DNA from: Actinomycetes bacterium
GTDB lineage: Bacteria > Actinomycetota > CALGFH01
Length of the DNA stretch: 39,786 nucleotides
NCBI GenBank assembly: GCA_035640005.1
Contig: DASQWY010000639.1
Coordinates: 1-39,786, forward strand
Reading direction: 5' to 3'
The notes beneath the pieces were generated by a model that saw only the letters and a list, made by a program, of their open reading frames with translations, did no database searches and was not told where the DNA came from. Within the stretch, counting starts at the first letter, position 1. Each line of letters opens with the position of its first letter. The translations under genes and the position numbers were made by a program. This document shows, in pieces, positions 35,310-39,786 of the stretch.

Positions 35310-36748
35310 CAGGCGGTGGGGCAGGCGACCCCGGCGAACTCCGGGTGCCGGCCGTCGGTGAACTGGCAGCCGAAGGTCGGCTCGGCGACCGCGTCCCGGT
35401 CGAGGATGGCGTCGCCGGCCGGCCGGTGGCCGCCGCGCACCCAATTGACCAGGTCGGTGAAGCCCCGCTCCAGCTCGGCCGCGGTGAAGCCGCAGTGGGC
35501 GTTCTCGCGGATGGCGCGGGAGACGAACAGCTTCGACTCCTTGTGCTGCTTGGCGCGCTGCGCGTACGCCTGCTCCATCGAGAACGGCACGAACAGGTCG
35601 CCGATGCCGTGCAGCGACAGCACCGGGATGCGCGGGTCGCCGAGCACCGCCGGGATGCCGGTCAGGTCGGTGGTCGCGCTCGCCGTGGCCGCCACCCGCA
35701 GCACCTGCTGGTTGAGCGTGCGCTCGGCTCGGCTCAGCGCCGGGTCGCCGTCGAGCTGGTAGACGGTGTCCACGTTGCTGGTCACGTTGCCGGCGGCGAT
35801 ACCGATGGTGCCGCCCGACAGGCCCGGGTACAGGCCGAACAGGAACGGCAGGTCGGTGAGCGGGGCGAAGCCGAAGGCGTTCCAGTAGCCGAAGGCGCTG
35901 TCGAAGCCGGGCCGGGTCCCGCCGCTGCGCTGCTCGACGGCCGCCTCCCACTCGCGGCCGAGGTCGGTGAACTGGACCCTCGGGGTGTTGAAGCCGGTGC
36001 CGAGCTGGCCCAGCTCGCCGTGGACGAGCTGGTCGTAGGTTGGCGCGTAGGCCTGGCCGGCGGCGAGGCTGTCCGGGAACTGGATCTGGGTGCCGGTCAG
36101 CGCGGCGGCGGTCACGTTGGCGTCCAGGTAGTGGTCGAACAGCTTGGTGTCGCCCAGCACGCCGCAGTAGGGCATGGCGCCGGCGAAGGTGTCCCGGTAG
36201 TGCTCGACCTCGACCGCGGTGATGTGCCCGCCCATCGACGGGCCGGTCATGTACAGCGCCCGCGGCTGCTGGCCGACCACCGAGTCGAACAGGCCGATGA
36301 GCGCGTGCGTGTCGGTGACGCCGTGGCCGACGTCGTAGCCGTTGGTCTGGTAGCTGGACGCCGCCCAGGCGAAGCCCTGCTGGACGTAGAAGGCGCGCAG
36401 GTCCGCGTTGCCGACGAACACGGTGGTCCCGTTGCCGCGGAAGCCGTGCGCGTACAGCACCAGGTCGCCGTTCCAGTCGTTGGGGACCTCGATGCGCCAG
36501 GCCGACCCGTCGGTGATGCCGGTGTGGACCGTCGAGATCGCGTTGCCCTGCGCGTCGGTCAGTGGCACGAACGGCGTGCCCGTGCCGAAGTCGCAGTTGG
36601 GGTCGGCGACGGTGTAGCCCGGCTGCGTCGTGCTCGGCACCGGCGCCGCGCAGGCCGGCTCCTGGCCGCCGGCGTGGCCGGCGAGCAGGGAGCCCGCCAG
36701 CATCAACCCGGCCGCCAGCAACGCCAGCAGCACCCGCACCCGACTCAT
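35309..36748 (-). CDS. Secreted alpha/beta hydrolase family protein
   Basis: ATG 36748 (MSRVRVLLALLAAGLMLAGSLLAGHAGG signal peptide) is in frame with the track ORF. GPSMGGH (GxSxG) is the nucleophile elbow, followed by a late HGIGDLFVP and NAHCG. Confidence 0.7.
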   Translation of the reverse strand: MSRVRVLLALLAAGLMLAGSLLAGHAGGQEPACAAPVPSTTQPGYTVADPNCDFGTGTPFVPLTDAQGNAISTVHTGITDGSAWRIEVPNDWNGDLVLYAHGFRGNGTTVFVGNADLRAFYVQQGFAWAASSYQTNGYDVGHGVTDTHALIGLFDSVVGQQPRALYMTGPSMGGHITAVEVEHYRDTFAGAMPYCGVLGDTKLFDHYLDANVTAAALTGTQIQFPDSLAAGQAYAPTYDQLVHGELGQLGTGFNTPRVQFTDLGREWEAAVEQRSGGTRPGFDSAFGYWNAFGFAPLTDLPFLFGLYPGLSGGTIGIAAGNVTSNVDTVYQLDGDPALSRAERTLNQQVLRVAATASATTDLTGIPAVLGDPRIPVLSLHGIGDLFVPFSMEQAYAQRAKQHKESKLFVSRAIRENAHCGFTAAELERGFTDLVNWVRGGHRPAGDAILDRDAVAEPTFGCQFTDGRHPEFAGVACPTA

Positions 36749-36911
36749 GGCTGCACCACCCACCCTCCCGCGGGGCGCCGAACCGCTCGCCGCCCGATGC
36801 GCCGGTTTTTATCACTCCGGCCCATGGCGGCGAAACCGGGCGGCCGCCTGTCGGCGTCCTGGCCTATCGTTCGCTTGGACGGCGGACGCGGCGGAAGGAG
36901 AGGAGACCGCG

Positions 36912-37634
36912 ATGGGCAACCGGGTTGCGTACTTCGAGGTCGGCTCCTCGGACTTCGAGGAGCTGAAGCGCTTCTATGCCGAGCTGTTCGGCTGGCGGAT
37001 GCAGGACCTCGCCGAGACCTACGCGATGATCGACACCCGCGCCGGCGGCGGCGTCGGCGGCGGCGTCGGGCGGTCGGGCACCGGCGACCCGTGGGTGTCG
37101 TTCTACGTCGCCGTCGACGACCCGCAGGAGGCCCTGGACCGGGCGGTGGCCGCCGGCGGCACCACCGTGGTGCCGGTGACCGAGATCCCCGGCATCACCT
37201 TCGCGATGTTCGACGACCCCGACGGCAACCTGGTCGGCCTGGTCAAGACCGGCGGAGCGATGGGCGGGCCGAGCGCCGGCGACGGCGTGGCGGTGGACTG
37301 GTTCGAGGTGCTCGGCAGCGACGCCGAGCGCACCCAGCGGTTCTACTGCGACCTGTTCGGCTGGACGGTGGACGAGTCCGGCTTCCCCGGCTACCGGCTG
37401 GTGGCCACCAACGCGGGCGAGGGCGCGATCGGCGGCGGCCTCGGCGCCGGGGACGGCCCCACCTGGGCAACGGTGTACGCCAACGTCCCCGACGTGGAGG
37501 CGGCGCTGGCCCGGGCCGAGCAGCTCGGCGGCGGTCGCGTCTACGGCCCCAACAAGGTCGACGACCACATGCGGACCGGAGCGCTGCGCGACCCGGCCGG
37601 CAACGTCTTCGGGGTGTACGAGCACCGGCACTGA
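36912..37634 (+). CDS. VOC (glyoxalase/bleomycin-resistance) family protein, two tandem VOC modules
   Basis: ATG 36912 has GGAAGGAGAGGAG upstream. The pattern VAYFEVGSSDFEELKRFYAELFGW...DPDGNLVGL is repeated as VDWFEVLGSDAERTQRFYCDLFGW...DPAGNVFGV. Confidence 0.8.
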   Translation: MGNRVAYFEVGSSDFEELKRFYAELFGWRMQDLAETYAMIDTRAGGGVGGGVGRSGTGDPWVSFYVAVDDPQEALDRAVAAGGTTVVPVTEIPGITFAMFDDPDGNLVGLVKTGGAMGGPSAGDGVAVDWFEVLGSDAERTQRFYCDLFGWTVDESGFPGYRLVATNAGEGAIGGGLGAGDGPTWATVYANVPDVEAALARAEQLGGGRVYGPNKVDDHMRTGALRDPAGNVFGVYEHRH

Positions 37635-37650
37635 GCCGGCGCCGGGGCGG

Positions 37651-38043
37651 TCACTCCCCGAAGCCCTCGCCGTACTCCTGGTCGGTCACCGGCTCGCCCC
37701 AGCGCGGTGGGCCGCCGACGTTGGTGGAGACGTGCGCCATCGGGCTGTCGGGGCCGGCGCCGTGCCAGTGCCACTCCCCCGGCGGGACGAAGACGACGTC
37801 CCCGGGAACCAGCACGTGGCCGGCCCCGCCGCGCGAGCGGACCCGCCCGCGCCCGCTGACCCCGTACAGCAGCTGGCCGCCGGCGTGCGCGTGCCAGTGG
37901 GTGCGGGCGCCGGCGCCGAAGTGCACCACCTGCATGGAGGTGCCGTCGGGCGCCGACAGCCCCGGGCTGAGCCACACCCGCCCGTTGAACCTGCCGGCGT
38001 CGCCCTCCTGGTAGGACCCTTCGGTTCCCCTCGCGACCTCCAT
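37651..38043 (-). CDS. Cupin domain protein
   Basis: ATG 38043 has AAGGAGGAG upstream. 130 aa. The cupin metal motifs are GAGARTHWHAHAGGQ and VFVPPGEWHWHGA. Confidence 0.8.
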   Translation of the reverse strand: MEVARGTEGSYQEGDAGRFNGRVWLSPGLSAPDGTSMQVVHFGAGARTHWHAHAGGQLLYGVSGRGRVRSRGGAGHVLVPGDVVFVPPGEWHWHGAGPDSPMAHVSTNVGGPPRWGEPVTDQEYGEGFGE

Positions 38044-38069
38044 CGGTGCTCCTCCTTGGCCGGGCGGGC

Positions 38070-38210
38070 TCACCCCCGCCGGTGGCGCCGCCCGAACCGC
38101 CGCCAGCCTCGCACGGCCTCGCCGAGCAGGATCACCGTCAGGACGAACAGCGCCGAAGCGACGAGGATGACCAACGTCGTGATTAACACGACGTTGAGAA
38201 AATGGCGCAT
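38070..38210 (-). CDS. Candidate 46-aa single-pass membrane micro-protein (not in the ORF track)
   Basis: My own translation is MRHFLNVVLITTLVILVASALFVLTVILLGEAVRGWRRFGRRHRRG. By my count 41 of 45 third positions after the ATG are G or C. A G-run lies 4 nt upstream of the ATG. The stop is 26 nt before the cupin start. It contains one TTA codon. A caveat is that a perfect inverted repeat lies inside it. Confidence 0.4.
   Translation of the reverse strand: MRHFLNVVLITTLVILVASALFVLTVILLGEAVRGWRRFGRRHRRG
38172..38196. repeat. Perfect 10-bp inverted repeat CAACGTCGTG-ATTAA-CACGACGTTG
   Basis: Read directly. It lies in an AT-richer pocket between the nitrilase and cupin genes. It may be an operator or an RNA hairpin. 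Confidence 0.6.
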
Positions 38211-38214
38211 GTTG

Positions 38215-38267
38215 CCCCCCGAGCCGGCGAAAGCATGAGAAGTTTCGCACGGTCGGCGTTCGGGGGG
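38215..38267 (-). terminator. Composite stem-loop just downstream of the nitrilase stop
   Basis: The outer 8-bp stem pairs CCCCCCGA (38215-38222) with TCGGGGGG (38260-38267). The inner 6-bp stem pairs GCGAAA (38227-38232) with TTTCGC (38243-38248). On the minus-strand RNA the 3' arm contains the G-run that would act as the SD for the micro-ORF. Confidence 0.35.
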
Positions 38268-38285
38268 ACGGCCGGGTCGCGCGCC

Positions 38286-39269
38286 TCAGGGGGTGGGCTC
38301 GGCGGGACCGGCCGCCTCGGCCTGATCGGCCTCGGCGGGCGCGCGGAACGACACCGCCGCCCTCGGCTCGGTGTCGACGACCAGGCGCAGCACGTCGGCG
38401 CGGGCGTAGTGGCCGACCGGGTCGAACTGCTGGTGCGCGGCGCGGGCGCGGGCGGTGTCGAGCTCGGCGTAGAGGATCCCCTCCCGCTCCACCAGCGGCC
38501 CGGCCAGCACGCTGCCGTCGGGGCCGACGATGGCGGTGTTGCCGCGCGACAGCCAGTCGTCGTCGCCGCCGTACAGGCGCTCGCGCCCGGGCACGCCGGC
38601 GGGCACGTCCGAGCCGCGCAGGCAGAAGTTGACGCCGACGACGTAGACGCGGCCCTCCTTGGCGATGTGGCGCAGGGTCGGCACCCACACCTCGGAGTTG
38701 TCCCAGGTGGGCGCCAGGTAGATCTCGACGCCCCTGGCGTACAGCGCGGCGCGCGCCAGCGGCATGTAGTTCTCCCAGCAGGTCAGCCCGCCCAGGCGCC
38801 CGAACGGCGTGTCCAGCACCGTCAGGGTGGAGCCGTCGCCCATCCCCCAGACCAGCCGCTCGCCACCGGTCGGCACCAGCTTGCGGTGCCTGGCCCGCAG
38901 CGTCCCGTCGGGCCCGAAGTACAGCTGGGTGTTGTACAGCGTGCTGCCCAGCGGGTCGCGCTCGTTCACCCCCACCGACAGCCAGGCGCGGCCACGGCGG
39001 GCGGCCTCGCCGAGCACCTCGGTCACCGGGCCGGGCACGGTCACCGACTGGTCGAGCAGGCGGGCGAACAGCGCGGTCGCGTCGGCGTCCCACGGCCTGG
39101 TCCGCCACACCCAGTCGGGGTAGGTCGGCACGAAGGTCTCGGGGAACACCACCAGCCCGGCGCCTTGCGAGACGGCCTCGTCCACCAGCTTGCAGACCTT
39201 GTCGACCGTGGCGTCGCGGTCGAGGAACACCGGCGCTGCCTGCACCGCCGCCACCGTCACCGTGGCCAT
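38286..39269 (-). CDS. Nitrilase / carbon-nitrogen hydrolase family protein
   Basis: 327 aa with GGAGGTGAGG upstream of the ATG. The Glu-Lys-Cys triad context is VVFPETF, HRKLVPT and LTCWENYMP. Confidence 0.85.
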   Translation of the reverse strand: MATVTVAAVQAAPVFLDRDATVDKVCKLVDEAVSQGAGLVVFPETFVPTYPDWVWRTRPWDADATALFARLLDQSVTVPGPVTEVLGEAARRGRAWLSVGVNERDPLGSTLYNTQLYFGPDGTLRARHRKLVPTGGERLVWGMGDGSTLTVLDTPFGRLGGLTCWENYMPLARAALYARGVEIYLAPTWDNSEVWVPTLRHIAKEGRVYVVGVNFCLRGSDVPAGVPGRERLYGGDDDWLSRGNTAIVGPDGSVLAGPLVEREGILYAELDTARARAAHQQFDPVGHYARADVLRLVVDTEPRAAVSFRAPAEADQAEAAGPAEPTP

Positions 39270-39352
39270 CGCCTCACCTCCACCGCCGCCGCGGTGGCGG
39301 CGTGCCAGCAGTGTAGGCGCCGGGCCCGCGGTCGAGGCAGGATGTGCATGCC

Positions 39353-39786
39353 ATGACCAGCCGCTCGCTCGGCTCCGGCGGGCGCCTGCGGCGGCCGCTG
39401 CGGGCGCGCGACCGCGACCAGCCCCACCGCGCCTCCACCCCGCTGGAGCTGCTGTTCGACCTGTGCTTCGTGGTGGCGGTGGCGCAGGCCGCCGCCCGCC
39501 TCGGCCACGCGCTCGCCGGGGGCAGGCGGCCGGCGCCGTCCTCGGCTACCTGCTGGTGTTCTTCGCCATCTGGTGGGCGTGGATGAACTTCACCTGGTTC
39601 GCCTCGGCCTACGACACCGACGACGTCGCCTACCGGGTCACCACCCTGGTCCAGATCGCCGGGGCGCTGATCCTGGCCGCCGGGGTGCCGGCGGCCATGA
39701 CCGCCGGCGACCTGACCGTGGTCACCGCCGGGTACGTGGTCATGCGCCTGGCCATGGTCGCCCAGTGGCTGCGGGCGGCCGGCGGC
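39353..39786 (+). pseudogene. LtrA (low temperature requirement A) family membrane protein; frameshifted at a G5 run; 3' end off the window
   Basis: Frame A (ATG 39353 or GTG 39344) gives ...TPLELLFDLCFVVAVAQAAARLGHALAGG and then hits a stop at 39584-39586. The -1-shifted frame from about 39523 gives QAAGAVLGYLLVFFAIWWAWMNFTWFASAYDTDDVAYR..., the conserved LtrA core, and stays open to 39786. Adding one nucleotide at GGGGG (39518-39522) would join the two frames. Confidence 0.6.

Noticed and set aside
34752-38014. 687-aa minus-strand and 903-aa plus-strand ORFs across the TetR, hydrolase, VOC and cupin genes
   Set aside because: They are shadow frames. The region is fully explained by four genes with SD sequences and family motifs.
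1-39786. Search for CRISPR arrays, tRNA/rRNA genes, IS elements, integrases and prophage blocks
   Set aside because: I saw no regularly spaced direct repeats with unique spacers. I saw no cloverleaf-like or rRNA-like segments, and no transposase-, integrase- or phage-structural-like ORFs. The short repeats present are codon-level GC-rich repeats (CTGCTG, GCCGCC) inside genes. This was done by eye only and needs tRNAscan, Infernal and ISfinder confirmation.

Overview
Very high-G+C, actinomycete-type chromosomal segment: true reading frames have third-codon positions almost saturated with G/C, and nearly every gene has long Arg/Pro/Gly-rich shadow ORFs. I support about 40 protein-coding genes on both strands, mostly accessory metabolism, transport and regulators. 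I saw no rRNA, tRNA, CRISPR array, transposase or integrase.

Main modules:
- (a) 1-4326: a partial carbamoyltransferase (not in the ORF track), a clan GH-A glycosidase and an FAD oxidase.
- (b) 10830-13513: a MarR-MFS-PPOX efflux operon.
- (c) 14825-15772: a signal-peptide-less GH25 muramidase with an unrecognised C-terminal tandem repeat.
- (d) 17723-18949: a compact nuclease plus SUKH/SMI1-KNR4 pair that looks like a toxin-immunity module with no delivery domain. This is my best candidate for something unusual.
- (e) 19019-29886: a complete LacI-controlled L-rhamnose uptake and catabolism locus, with a predicted promoter and operator.
- (f) 29911-31960: an odd LamG-crotonase-CxxC protein operon.
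- (g) 32102-39269: a redox/detoxification cluster (PPOX, GMC oxidoreductase, TetR, secreted hydrolase, VOC, cupin, nitrilase). It contains a structured low-GC pocket with a possible 46-aa membrane micro-ORF.
- (h) 39353-39786: an LtrA-family gene broken by a 1-nt frameshift at a G5 run at the window edge.

All family calls rest on motif recognition by eye; no database search was run.
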